From positions 9,188 to 73,187 of IMG/VR virus record IMGVR_UViG_3300011427_000001: DNA of 64,000 nucleotides. One strand, 5' to 3'. Under the pieces are notes generated by a model. The model saw only the letters and a list, made by a program, of their open reading frames with translations. It made no database searches and had not been told where the DNA came from. This document shows, in pieces, positions 43,966-53,016 of the stretch. This stretch comes from a virus (taxonomy: Duplodnaviria; Caudoviricetes). The first letter of the stretch is position 1; the number at the start of each line of letters is the position of its first letter. The position numbers and the translations under genes are program-made.

Positions 43966-46836
43966 CTAGCGTTTGAAGTTTTGCCGCTGTGACCCACCTC
44001 GAGATATGCCATCCCAAATGGCCCCAACGGTCTCGCGCTTGGTGACTTCACTTTGCCGGGCTAGGTCCTCCCGCGTGACCCCACCCGTGAAGGTCTGATT
44101 CACAAGCACAGTGATGCCCCCACGATCGGGTTCTTCCATCCCACCCCGCCGGTAGTGGTCGACCACCTCTTCCTGCGGATGCAGCATGGCCATGAACCCA
44201 CCCCTGCCATCCAACCCGCCGGTGCGTGATCCACCTCCAGTTTTCCCACCACCTTCAAACGACATGCCGATGGCCTGCATGTTCGAAATGATACCGAGGC
44301 CGTTTGCAATGATGGACAAGTATGCTGGGATCTTAGCGTAGAAGGGCAATGCTGAATCGGCCATCACTTGCGCCCCCGCCTTATACATGTTCATCGTTGC
44401 CTCAGCGATAGCGAAGGCCTTGGACGCCGCGAACGACGCCTTATACATCGCACTCTGCTTGCCAAATGCGTTCTCCGAAATGCTGGCAAGTTGATCGAAC
44501 ATGGCCGAGCTGTTCTGCAGAATCAGCGACGTGCGCTTGCGCTCGAGAACATCAATGTTGGCGATGTACGTCTCCGACATCCGCTCCAGCGTGGCGTTCC
44601 GCACCTGCTCCAACCGAGTCTGCTCCGCAATGTTCCCTTCCTGCGCTTTGATCTGCCGGTCGTAGTACGCATCGACCACCTTCATCTTCTCTTCAAATGA
44701 CTTCTCGAGCAGGGACAGCTCGTTATGATTTTCAATGAACGGATCAATGATGGGGTCCCCGGTCATATCCTTCAACGGACCCTGGCTGAGACCGCCCACA
44801 GGCTTGATGAACTGATTCTGCGTGGCCAACAGCTTCTGCAGTGCCTCGTCATACTCATACGCCGAGAGCACGTTCTTCGCCATCTCATCATCATACTGCG
44901 TCCGGGTAATCTTCCCAGCGGCAAGCGCAGCGTCAAGCTTCTTGACCGACTCGAGACTGGCCCGCATCACGTTGTCCAGTTCCTTGATTTGCTCATTGTA
45001 AACCGCAGCCGATGGATCCGCCAGCATGTCCCGCAACTTCTTCAGCTCGGGACTCAGGAACGTGATAGCTTCTCCCGCACCCCGTGCACTCGTCTGCACA
45101 GCCCGCAAGGTGGTCACAACGGGAGCCCAAACTGATGAGGTCTTCTCAGCTCCAAAATTGAGTTTGCGCTGCAGTTCCTCCCACCGCTTGAGAAAGTCAT
45201 CACTGGGCTTCCCATCTTTGATGAGCGTATCCAGCGCACTGCCCAACGCCACCACATCTTTCAACGCAGCCTTGGTGTCATTCTCGAGCTCTTTGACAAA
45301 GTCGAAACCATCAAACTTCATCGGCTCGACCGGCTTGCTGAAGTCACCCATCAGGCGTTTGGCGACATTATACACGCCAATCACTTTGTTGATAGCGACA
45401 TTCCACATCTTGATGTTCGCCTCCACCAACTTGCCTGCCGCCAACATCGCACCCGATACCGCAAGTTTGTAGGCTGCAGCGCCAAATTGTGCAGCGGTCA
45501 CAATCAACTTCCAACCGTGCACGACATCCATGAAAACAGTGGTCGCAGTCAATGCCAAAGCCACAATTGTGTCACGCACCTTGCGGGTCGACTCTTCCCA
45601 TTTCTGCTGCTCACCCAAAACCTCTTTCGTCTTGGTGTTGTATTGCTCCAGCGAAAGTGCCCCCGTGGACAACTGGTTGTTGAGCTCCTCGAGATTCGTC
45701 TTGGTGTTGCCAAAAGTGAATCCCAGAGCACGCACAATCGAGATCAGGTCACCGCCCAAAGTGATCAACACGTCCTTTACATTGTTCAGCAAGATGGTGA
45801 ACTGCGCATTCAAGCTCTTCAGCTGCTTGCCCGCCACATCCTCGGTCAAGCCGCCTGCATTACGCAGCCCTTCCTCGTACTTGCGAATCTGTCCCGACAA
45901 TCCCAGCAACGCCTGCGTCGCACTAATGGACCGATCCTGGAAGCCCAGCATCATCAACGTGGTCCGTCGCTGTTCATCGTTCATCGGCCCCAACGCCTTT
46001 TCAAGTTGTTCAACAATGTCAGCCAGGTGACGCATCTTACCCGCACCATCAAAAATAGACAGGTTAAAATCGTCCCAGTCTTCCCGATTCTTGATGGACG
46101 CACGCTGCAGGTCGCGGATTACTTGGTGTAACGCGTCACCCGCTGCCTCAGCCTTGATGCCCTGCTGAGCGAACGCGGCCAGGACCGCAACACCTTCCTC
46201 CACTTCCTTGTTTACCAACCGCAAAGCGTTCGCCGCTTTGGTAGTAAGTGCTTCCGAGAAGTCCTCAACTGAGGCATTAGCCATGATGTTCGCCTTCGTC
46301 AGCACATCGGCCACTCGCTTCATCCCCAGCATGTTCTTCGCTGCATCACTGGTCCGCAACCCCAACGCACTCTGGGCATCGGCCAATAGTGTCGTCGCTC
46401 GGTTCATATCGAACATACCAGCTACTGCAAACTTCTCGACCAGCGGCAGGGCCTTCATTGACTGTTGCACATCGAAACCCGCCGATGCTAAGTAATAGTA
46501 CGACTCTGCCACTTTCTCCGCACTAGTAATGCTGCTCCGGGAAATCGCTCGAGCAGTGTCTTCCATCTGTGCTCGGGTCTGGTCCGAAACATCTCCCATG
46601 ATGGCAAGCGACTTGACCATCGCTGCATCGAACTTCCCAAACTCCCGCACGGCTGCAGCACTGATGAGCGCCATTGACCCTGCGATTGCGACCGATGCAT
46701 ATTTCGCTGCCCGTGCTGCAGCCTCCATCCGCATTGCCGTATCCATCTCCACCGACTTCATTGCCCTTTGGTACTGCGACGCGTTGGCTTGCAGATAAAC
46801 TACCAAGGTCCCGAGTGAAGTGGTGCCTGCAATCAT
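43966..46836 (-). CDS. tape measure protein
   Basis: 956 aa, Ala-rich helical, TP901-type N-terminal repeats; follows the tail assembly chaperones. Confidence 0.92.
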   Translation of the reverse strand: MIAGTTSLGTLVVYLQANASQYQRAMKSVEMDTAMRMEAAARAAKYASVAIAGSMALISAAAVREFGKFDAAMVKSLAIMGDVSDQTRAQMEDTARAISRSSITSAEKVAESYYYLASAGFDVQQSMKALPLVEKFAVAGMFDMNRATTLLADAQSALGLRTSDAAKNMLGMKRVADVLTKANIMANASVEDFSEALTTKAANALRLVNKEVEEGVAVLAAFAQQGIKAEAAGDALHQVIRDLQRASIKNREDWDDFNLSIFDGAGKMRHLADIVEQLEKALGPMNDEQRRTTLMMLGFQDRSISATQALLGLSGQIRKYEEGLRNAGGLTEDVAGKQLKSLNAQFTILLNNVKDVLITLGGDLISIVRALGFTFGNTKTNLEELNNQLSTGALSLEQYNTKTKEVLGEQQKWEESTRKVRDTIVALALTATTVFMDVVHGWKLIVTAAQFGAAAYKLAVSGAMLAAGKLVEANIKMWNVAINKVIGVYNVAKRLMGDFSKPVEPMKFDGFDFVKELENDTKAALKDVVALGSALDTLIKDGKPSDDFLKRWEELQRKLNFGAEKTSSVWAPVVTTLRAVQTSARGAGEAITFLSPELKKLRDMLADPSAAVYNEQIKELDNVMRASLESVKKLDAALAAGKITRTQYDDEMAKNVLSAYEYDEALQKLLATQNQFIKPVGGLSQGPLKDMTGDPIIDPFIENHNELSLLEKSFEEKMKVVDAYYDRQIKAQEGNIAEQTRLEQVRNATLERMSETYIANIDVLERKRTSLILQNSSAMFDQLASISENAFGKQSAMYKASFAASKAFAIAEATMNMYKAGAQVMADSALPFYAKIPAYLSIIANGLGIISNMQAIGMSFEGGGKTGGGSRTGGLDGRGGFMAMLHPQEEVVDHYRRGGMEEPDRGGITVLVNQTFTGGVTREDLARQSEVTKRETVGAIWDGISRGGSQRQNFKR

Positions 46837-47204
46837 TTTTTCTTCCGGCGTTTGTGGTTGGGTCTATCTATGCCTACTGTGAATTTCCAGGCCTGTTTCG
46901 AAGATGCGATGTGTGCTTTGCGTTCGCTTTCGGTTAGTACAGTTTTGGTTGGTGTCTTGCGCGTGAACTTGATAATGAAATCACTCAGTCTTGGTTTCTT
47001 TTTGTTCTTCACCCACGAGCGTCGCACTTCACAAGTGAGCTGAGCCAAGTAATGATAAAGAGGGTCAAACGCATTCGCCTCCTGCAGTAAAAACTCCTTC
47101 CACTCCAGAAACTCCGTGCTCGTTGTCTTAGCCTGGAGTTCCTGAAGCGGGGTGTGGAGTTTTAACGCGAGGGTGAACCAGTCTCGGCGTTCGCCCGTCA
47201 GACG
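46833..47204 (-). CDS. -1 frame extension of the tail assembly chaperone (gpGT equivalent)
   Basis: Frame checked open from 47204 to 46833: RLTGERRDWFTLALKLH...EFLEWKEF... Confidence 0.85.
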   Translation of the reverse strand, partial: RLTGERRDWFTLALKLHTPLQELQAKTTSTEFLEWKEFLLQEANAFDPLYHYLAQLTCEVRRSWVKNKKKPRLSDFIIKFTRKTPTKTVLTESERKAHIASSKQAWKFTVGIDRPNHKRRKKK

Positions 47205-47548
47205 TTTTTTGCTGCCTCCTCACCAGCTTCCTTTCCTGTAGCAAGACCGCTGAGCTTCTGCGACTCAGCATACAATGCTTCAACCACCGTAGACGGCCAG
47301 CCCTTGATTTCGGTCTCGAGAACCAATTGACCTTGCGGGTCCCGCATTGACAGGCTCAGCAAATGGGTCTGCAGGCCATCAAAGTTCTTGATACCGGTGA
47401 CCTTTCCCTTCTCGTCCATCTTAACGCGATTGGCCGAGACGTTGAGATAGGCATCACGCTGCTGACCTGTGAGCTCAGTCAGCGTGTATTGCTTCTCGTC
47501 GAGCTCGACCGGAAGGGTTTTGAGTTTGAGGGTGAATTTGAGTGACAT
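47198..47548 (-). CDS. tail assembly chaperone (gpG equivalent)
   Basis: Between tail tube and tape measure genes; start reassigned to MSLKF. Confidence 0.85.
   Translation of the reverse strand: MSLKFTLKLKTLPVELDEKQYTLTELTGQQRDAYLNVSANRVKMDEKGKVTGIKNFDGLQTHLLSLSMRDPQGQLVLETEIKGWPSTVVEALYAESQKLSGLATGKEAGEEAAKNV
47204..47210 (-). other. -1 programmed ribosomal frameshift slippery site A AAA AAC
   Basis: X XXY YYZ heptamer in frame, one sense codon (GTC) before the TGA. Confidence 0.88.
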
Positions 47549-47592
47549 TGGGTTCTTTCGTTTTTGGTTTCTAAGCACCTGACCCGGTTGGG

Positions 47593-48045
47593 TTAAGGAT
47601 TGTCAGTGTCGTTCGTGTCGCCCACGGAGTCGATGTAGACCGGCGCAATCTCCGCGCCGTCAGCATCTTGATTGGAGGGCACGATGGTACAGTCCGCCGT
47701 GGGTTGTTCACCCTCGACGTTCTCACCCGGCGTGAATTCGTCCAGCCAACCCCAGAACTGGAGCAAGCTGCCGTCCGCAAATTCGACTTCAATCACCTGA
47801 TTGACGCCGATCATCGCGAGCAGTTGCACGTAGACCGCCGTATCGTAGGCCGCCGTAAACGACATCGGGGTCAGGGACTTGAGGTGCTTGGGAGCGTTCG
47901 TGCGCCAAATCTCATTGCGCATCGTGGTCGTATCAGTGGGACCGCCAGCGGAAATGCCGGGAGGAGTGACAGCCTTCTCCCAGAGCTTCACACCGGCGTT
48001 GAGGCTGAAGGAAATCAGCGTCTGGTGGCCGTCGTCGATTCTCAT
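47593..48045 (-). CDS. major tail tube protein
   Basis: PPGISAGG.TDTT, F.G.L..F, TIVPSN pattern; no sheath gene nearby. Confidence 0.8.
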   Translation of the reverse strand: MRIDDGHQTLISFSLNAGVKLWEKAVTPPGISAGGPTDTTTMRNEIWRTNAPKHLKSLTPMSFTAAYDTAVYVQLLAMIGVNQVIEVEFADGSLLQFWGWLDEFTPGENVEGEQPTADCTIVPSNQDADGAEIAPVYIDSVGDTNDTDNP

Positions 48046-48065
48046 GGTATTGTTTTGGTTGGTGG

Positions 48066-48488
48066 TTAGCTGAGCGAGAGAAGGATGTTCAAGGAGAACA
48101 TTTCACGTCGGTTTCCGCCTGGCTCAGCCCCCAGAGGGAGGACCGTATTGTGACGCCTGACAGAATGAAGCATGTAGTCGATGGACTCCAAAGTAATTGA
48201 CCTGCGGTAGAGCGCGTCGAGTACCGCTTCCACTGCTTTGGCTTTGGTCCACCCTTCCGAAAAAGTCTTTGCGCGGAATTGAATTTGAACGGCCGGCTTC
48301 TGAATCACTTCCCCGGTCCGCATGATGCGCCCCTGTTTCTCCGCCCCCGTGTCAATTGTGCAAACGGCGTTGTCCGGGGTGTCAGGCATGCTGTTAATGA
48401 AACACGGCCAGGTGGCCGAGGTGTGCGCATTCACCAAACTCTCGTCCAGCAGGAGTTTCTTCAACACTTGTGCGGGGGAAGCGCTCAT
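48066..48488 (-). CDS. tail terminator
   Basis: P.VQIQFRA, FSLN; synteny; start reassigned to MSASP. Confidence 0.7.
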   Translation of the reverse strand: MSASPAQVLKKLLLDESLVNAHTSATWPCFINSMPDTPDNAVCTIDTGAEKQGRIMRTGEVIQKPAVQIQFRAKTFSEGWTKAKAVEAVLDALYRRSITLESIDYMLHSVRRHNTVLPLGAEPGGNRREMFSLNILLSLS

Positions 48489-48907
48489 CGGTAGTCGTAC
48501 GCGGTACGGCGCACAATGGCAGTCACGTTGTCTTTCTCTTCCCGCACCGGAATTTCCAGGAACTTCGGATGCGCCTTGCCCTGCGGGTCCCAATATCGGC
48601 CTTTGTGCGGGGGGTTGGGCAGGCGCTGCAGCCCCTTCCACGTGCCCTTGGCTTCGTGCACGAACAGTGCGTAGAACGCAGTATACCCCACGGTCACCTG
48701 CGTCTGAAACCCCGTACCAGTGGAACGAGTGAAAGCCGATGCCTTCAGCGGACCGAACTCCACGGGGACTTGCTGCTGGCTTGCTCGCTGGATGTGCAGC
48801 CCACCTTTCTTCAGCCCCAGTGAAACGCCCCGGCGGAAACGCTCATCCCTTCGGTACAGGTTCATTATGACCTGTCGGACTCCTGTGATGTGAACAAATG
48901 AGGCCAT
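48485..48907 (-). CDS. HK97 gp10-like tail completion protein
   Basis: SQQQVPVEFGPLKAS, YALFVHE, KFLE; start reassigned to MASFV. Confidence 0.8.
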   Translation of the reverse strand: MASFVHITGVRQVIMNLYRRDERFRRGVSLGLKKGGLHIQRASQQQVPVEFGPLKASAFTRSTGTGFQTQVTVGYTAFYALFVHEAKGTWKGLQRLPNPPHKGRYWDPQGKAHPKFLEIPVREEKDNVTAIVRRTAYDYR

Positions 48908-48908
48908 A

Positions 48909-49328
48909 TTACATGGGAGCGCGCACGGGACCGAGAAAGGCGGTGCGCAGGAACTTCGTTGCTCGGATGTTTGGGTTTTTGGCCCAACCAAGAATTTCAA
49001 GTGCACCTGACACTACCTCGACCGAGCTGTCGTTGGTATCATTGGTGCTGTTGCTATCATTGGAGTCCTCGAGATCGGCCAAGGTGCCCAGCATGAGGCA
49101 GTCGCCTAGTGACATGTCCCGGTCCACGTAGACCACGGACATCGAGTGTTCCAGCGTGCCGTGCCGACCAATGAACTCACGAATCTCGTCGTCCCAGCGA
49201 CACTTGATTTGCACGGGAAGCTCCCACATGGGACGTCCGTCTTCGCTGTTGACCAGAGCACCGTTGGTGTCACGCTGCCGTGCCCACCAAACTGCGTCCT
49301 GCTTGCACATGCGTTCAATGATGCTCAT
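48909..49328 (-). CDS. head closure / stopper protein
   Basis: Synteny in the neck module; CRW, VYVD. Confidence 0.6.
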   Translation of the reverse strand: MSIIERMCKQDAVWWARQRDTNGALVNSEDGRPMWELPVQIKCRWDDEIREFIGRHGTLEHSMSVVYVDRDMSLGDCLMLGTLADLEDSNDSNSTNDTNDSSVEVVSGALEILGWAKNPNIRATKFLRTAFLGPVRAPM

Positions 49329-49726
49329 GCGTAGGCCTCTTCATCCCCCGCGGCAGTACCCAGCCATTTCAGACCGGACTTGATGCGGCCTTCCATCAAA
49401 GCCTTTTGCAGCCGAGCCAGTCCACCCTTGGTGTCAAGCAGCATCGCCATCTGCCCTTCCTTGGTCTGCATCAACAGCAGGTCCACCTTGTGCTGGAAAG
49501 ACTCCGCCACGGGACCCGCTTTTTCACTCGCAACCGCTTGGTCCCGAATCTTGTAGAAGTGCGCGGACAGCCACCGTTCAATCAGCTCGAGCCGAGTGTC
49601 ACTGTACTCCAACGGCACGCACACCTCCGTCACGATTTCATTCGCAGCGGCAATGAACGCTTCCAAGTCGATAGCAGCATCAACTTCAACAACGAGTTCA
49701 ACTTGCGATGCGGTTGTCCGTGGCAT
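49325..49726 (-). CDS. head-tail adaptor
   Basis: LELIERWLSAHF, T.EGQ; synteny. Confidence 0.7.
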   Translation of the reverse strand: MPRTTASQVELVVEVDAAIDLEAFIAAANEIVTEVCVPLEYSDTRLELIERWLSAHFYKIRDQAVASEKAGPVAESFQHKVDLLLMQTKEGQMAMLLDTKGGLARLQKALMEGRIKSGLKWLGTAAGDEEAYA

Positions 49727-50342
49727 GGCTGAGATACTGTGAGAATTCAGCCTTCGGGAAGAAGGGAATCGAACTCTCGGGATTGAGGTTGATAATCTCG
49801 CGACCGGGAAACACCCGGGGAAGGTCGGTTGCTATGGCCTGCCATCCTTCGAGGAACTTGGGGAAGACTTTCATGTTAATCCCCTGCGTGGTCCATTGGT
49901 GCCAGTGTGCATCAACGCTGGTATCAGCTTTGCAGTCCATTCCCAGCAGGAAGACCCGCTGTGCCCCCATAACCAACGACAGCGAAACTGCCGAGCATCC
50001 ACTGTTGCCCCCGAAACCCACCACGTTGGGGAAGAGCCCCCTCTTCTGCCGCGGGAGGTTCTTCAACCAAGGGATACCCGCCCCTTTGACCATCAAGGAC
50101 GGGCAGTGCGTTATCACATCTCCCGGGAACTTGGCCAGCTCTTCCTTGAAGGAATGATACCAAGGCAGGTCAGAAAAGAAACACACGTTGCACACGTCCG
50201 CCCCCAGCTTGAACGCAGCATTGCATCCAATGGTGTTGCGACCGCGCAGCAACGTGAAGTCAAAACCAGACAAGGACTTTCCGCCGCCAATTACGAATAC
50301 ATCAGCGCCGGTCCATCTCTTGTCTGGCTTCCACAGTGGCAT
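49698..50342 (-). CDS. MAF/DUF115 or GT29-like nucleotide-sugar transferase
   Basis: VIGGGKSL, IGCN, NSGCSAVSL...GAQRVFLLGMD. Confidence 0.7.
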   Translation of the reverse strand: MPLWKPDKRWTGADVFVIGGGKSLSGFDFTLLRGRNTIGCNAAFKLGADVCNVCFFSDLPWYHSFKEELAKFPGDVITHCPSLMVKGAGIPWLKNLPRQKRGLFPNVVGFGGNSGCSAVSLSLVMGAQRVFLLGMDCKADTSVDAHWHQWTTQGINMKVFPKFLEGWQAIATDLPRVFPGREIINLNPESSIPFFPKAEFSQYLSHATDNRIAS

Positions 50343-50345
50343 CGG

Positions 50346-50798
50346 TTACACGAGCGACTTGATGAACTTCTCGAGCTCCTTCTTGTTGAGCGCGGAGTCG
50401 TTCAGTTTGTCATTGGGCACACCGTCTTCGGCCACGTTGTATTTGCCGTCTTCGGCCCTGAAGACCTTGAGCTTCCCCGCGGCCTTCGGGAACTCCGTGG
50501 TCACGTCTTCGCCCAGCGGGTTGACCAAGTCATCCTCCGCGGGCTTGTCTTCCTGCACCTTTGCGGCGGCGATCTTGCGCCGGGACGGCTTCGTGTCAAT
50601 CGGTGCAGCCTCGGCCGGGAGCTTGGCCCCCGACGCCGCCATCTCGAGGTCTTTCCGCCGTTTGAATTTGTTGGGGAAGAGCGCACACAGATCGTCGTGA
50701 AAATCAACGATGTCACCCTTCACGTACTTGCGACTGGCTTTCTTGCCGTCAGCTGACATGGGACCATAGTGGTTCCCGCCTACGAGTTCGAACTTCAT
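50346..50798 (-). CDS. hypothetical K/A/D/E-rich protein downstream of the capsid gene
   Basis: Capsid-like codon bias; A-rich leader. Confidence 0.65.
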   Translation of the reverse strand: MKFELVGGNHYGPMSADGKKASRKYVKGDIVDFHDDLCALFPNKFKRRKDLEMAASGAKLPAEAAPIDTKPSRRKIAAAKVQEDKPAEDDLVNPLGEDVTTEFPKAAGKLKVFRAEDGKYNVAEDGVPNDKLNDSALNKKELEKFIKSLV

Positions 50799-50895
50799 TG
50801 GGTTACTTCTTTTTAGGTTACGAGTCTGACCCTGCTACCTAAGTGCCCGCCGCGGGTCGCACGACGGGCACTACAAACGAACAGGCAAGCAGCGT

Positions 50896-51954
50896 TTAGG
50901 CCACGTTGCCGTTGATGACACCGCTGTTGCCGTTGATGTCGCTGCGGAGCTGCGGCACCTGGATGGTCATCACCTTGAAGTGCAGCTCCAAGCCGCCCTT
51001 CGACTCCCATTGCAGGGTGGTGATTTCCATGCCGATGATCTCGCGGATGACGTCCTCGGTCAACTGGACCAGCGACATGCGGTAGCCGGTCATGTAGTCG
51101 AGCGTGACCACGTCGACGATGTCCTTGATCTTGGCGATGCGCTCGCGCAGGGTGTTGTCCCCCTTCGCATCGGAGTAGTCGTCGTCCAGGTGTTCGTCCC
51201 ACGCCGGAGCGTTGAACAGAATCCACGGGCCGTAGTGGAACGCGTCCTGGCTCTTCTGCTTCATCGCCAGCACTTCCCGCACCGTCGTGGCCGGGGTCCA
51301 AGCCGAGTCGGTCGGATTGGTCAACACCTGGCTCTGAGCGTCCGGGAAGTTGATGATGCCGTAGATGTATCCACCGGCGTACTTGTACGACCCATAGGTA
51401 CCGATCAGGAGCTGTTCACACAGCTCAGCAACGCGCCGGGAAGCCAGCGTGGCGTTGCTCGTGTCCAGCGGGGACCCGCCATTGCGGCTCACGTTCAGCT
51501 CCCGGAGGAAGATGCTGAAGTCCTTGTAGATGACCGGGAGCGGAATGCTGCCCAGCTCGTACTCGGGACGGTCGTTCTGCGATTCCCGCACCGGGTTCAT
51601 CGCCATCTCGGCCGGCGTGATGTCCGACTGCGTTTGCGTCTGCAGAACAGTCTTGGCCATGCCATCGAGGGTGAACGTGAGACCCCGCTTGCGGATCTCG
51701 GTCACCGCCCGCAGGCGCGGCTTGGCCGCAGCGACGATGGCCTTGTCGAGAAGGATCCATTCGTCCTTGCGCATGGTCGCGGTGGCGTTGCTGATGAGCT
51801 CGGGCTGTTCCTTGCCCGTGCTCTTGTTGGTGACGGTGATGTAGGTACCGCGACCGTCGATCGAATAGGGGCGAAGCACGCGCGGGTCCATGTTCGATTC
51901 CAGCAGAGCTGAAGCGACCGAACCGTGTGCCTTCCCGTTGAGAATGAAGTCCAT
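50896..51954 (-). CDS. major capsid protein, HK97 fold, encapsulin/linocin M18-like
   Basis: EWILLDKAIV, IPLPVIYKDF, LD...A..ASRRVAE.CEQ; very strong codon bias. Confidence 0.88.
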   Translation of the reverse strand: MDFILNGKAHGSVASALLESNMDPRVLRPYSIDGRGTYITVTNKSTGKEQPELISNATATMRKDEWILLDKAIVAAAKPRLRAVTEIRKRGLTFTLDGMAKTVLQTQTQSDITPAEMAMNPVRESQNDRPEYELGSIPLPVIYKDFSIFLRELNVSRNGGSPLDTSNATLASRRVAELCEQLLIGTYGSYKYAGGYIYGIINFPDAQSQVLTNPTDSAWTPATTVREVLAMKQKSQDAFHYGPWILFNAPAWDEHLDDDYSDAKGDNTLRERIAKIKDIVDVVTLDYMTGYRMSLVQLTEDVIREIIGMEITTLQWESKGGLELHFKVMTIQVPQLRSDINGNSGVINGNVA

Positions 51955-52005
51955 GTTAGAGGATTCCTTTTGGGTGGTTTTGTTGTTGGTTGTTTCGCTT
52001 CGGCC

Positions 52006-52434
52006 TTACATGGCCCGAGCACGAATTCTGGTTGCGACCGCGCTTGAAGCGCTGAGGTCGAGAGCCTCGAGAACAACGAACAGCTTCTCGCCGCTCGTGA
52101 ACTCCTGGAAGTTGCCGTTGCCGGCGCTTTCCAAGAACTCGCCTTCGTTGACGTTCTCACCCGCGTCGAGCATGACCGCGAGTTCGTCGCCCGGCTTGGC
52201 AATGCCAAACCCGACTTGGTCGTCAACCGCGTAGTTGTCGTCAACCGACTTGCCCTGCAGCGCGTCTTCACGCGCAATGAGCAATTCGGCCGAGCCGCCC
52301 GCGGTGGAATGACGCAGGACCTTGAGGTCGCCGTCGATCTTGATCAGCTGGCCCGGGGTGATGATCCCAGATGCGACGGCTTCGTCGTAGCGGGGGCAAC
52401 CCTTGAGGAAGATTGTGTGATAATCGGTAGCCAT
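52006..52434 (-). CDS. capsid decoration/cement protein
   Basis: Between protease and capsid genes; ITPGQL..., LDAGENV..G.FLES.GNG. Confidence 0.7.
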   Translation of the reverse strand: MATDYHTIFLKGCPRYDEAVASGIITPGQLIKIDGDLKVLRHSTAGGSAELLIAREDALQGKSVDDNYAVDDQVGFGIAKPGDELAVMLDAGENVNEGEFLESAGNGNFQEFTSGEKLFVVLEALDLSASSAVATRIRARAM

Positions 52435-52482
52435 TGTCGATGTCTCCTAGATTGATTGGTTGATGGTTGAGTGGGAGGAGAC

Positions 52483-53016
52483 TTACTTGTCGAAGTCCCA
52501 CGACGTCGCGGGAAGCGCAGCACCTTCGACCTTCGCCGCAGCGTTGTCGATGGGAGCTCCGGAACCAAGCCCGCCGAAGTCGTGCTGTTGCACGTTGGTC
52601 GTCGTGGGTGCAACCGCGGAGGTCGCGAGATCGGCCAACATCGAGAGCTGTTCCACGTCCATCGCCAGAAGCTGGCCGTCCGTGAACTTGTTCTTGACGT
52701 TGGTCTTGATGGTCGCGATGTGCTTCGCCTTCTCGTTGTTGAGAATGCGTTCCGAGTTGGCCAGCACCGCACGCACGCCCGGAGGGGCCTGCTTGAGATA
52801 CTCTTCCTCGGTCAGCTGCTTCGCGGGAGCGGCATTGGTCGCCGGCTCCGTCTTCACCGCCGGAGCGGTCGTGGTCTTGGCTTTGTTCAGGGTCGCGGTG
52901 GAACTGGCTTGAATGCGCGTGAGCGCAGCAAGGTCCATACCCATCAACATCCCACGGTCGGTTTCTGCATAACCGTGGTTGGTGATGAGGTCCGCGACAA
53001 TTTGTTCTTTGTCCAT
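52483..53016 (-). CDS. nested in-frame scaffolding protein (internal start)
   Basis: Internal leader AAAACCAACAGAGGAAACACC-ATG closely resembles the leader at 29098-29120. Confidence 0.65.
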   Translation of the reverse strand: MDKEQIVADLITNHGYAETDRGMLMGMDLAALTRIQASSTATLNKAKTTTAPAVKTEPATNAAPAKQLTEEEYLKQAPPGVRAVLANSERILNNEKAKHIATIKTNVKNKFTDGQLLAMDVEQLSMLADLATSAVAPTTTNVQQHDFGGLGSGAPIDNAAAKVEGAALPATSWDFDK

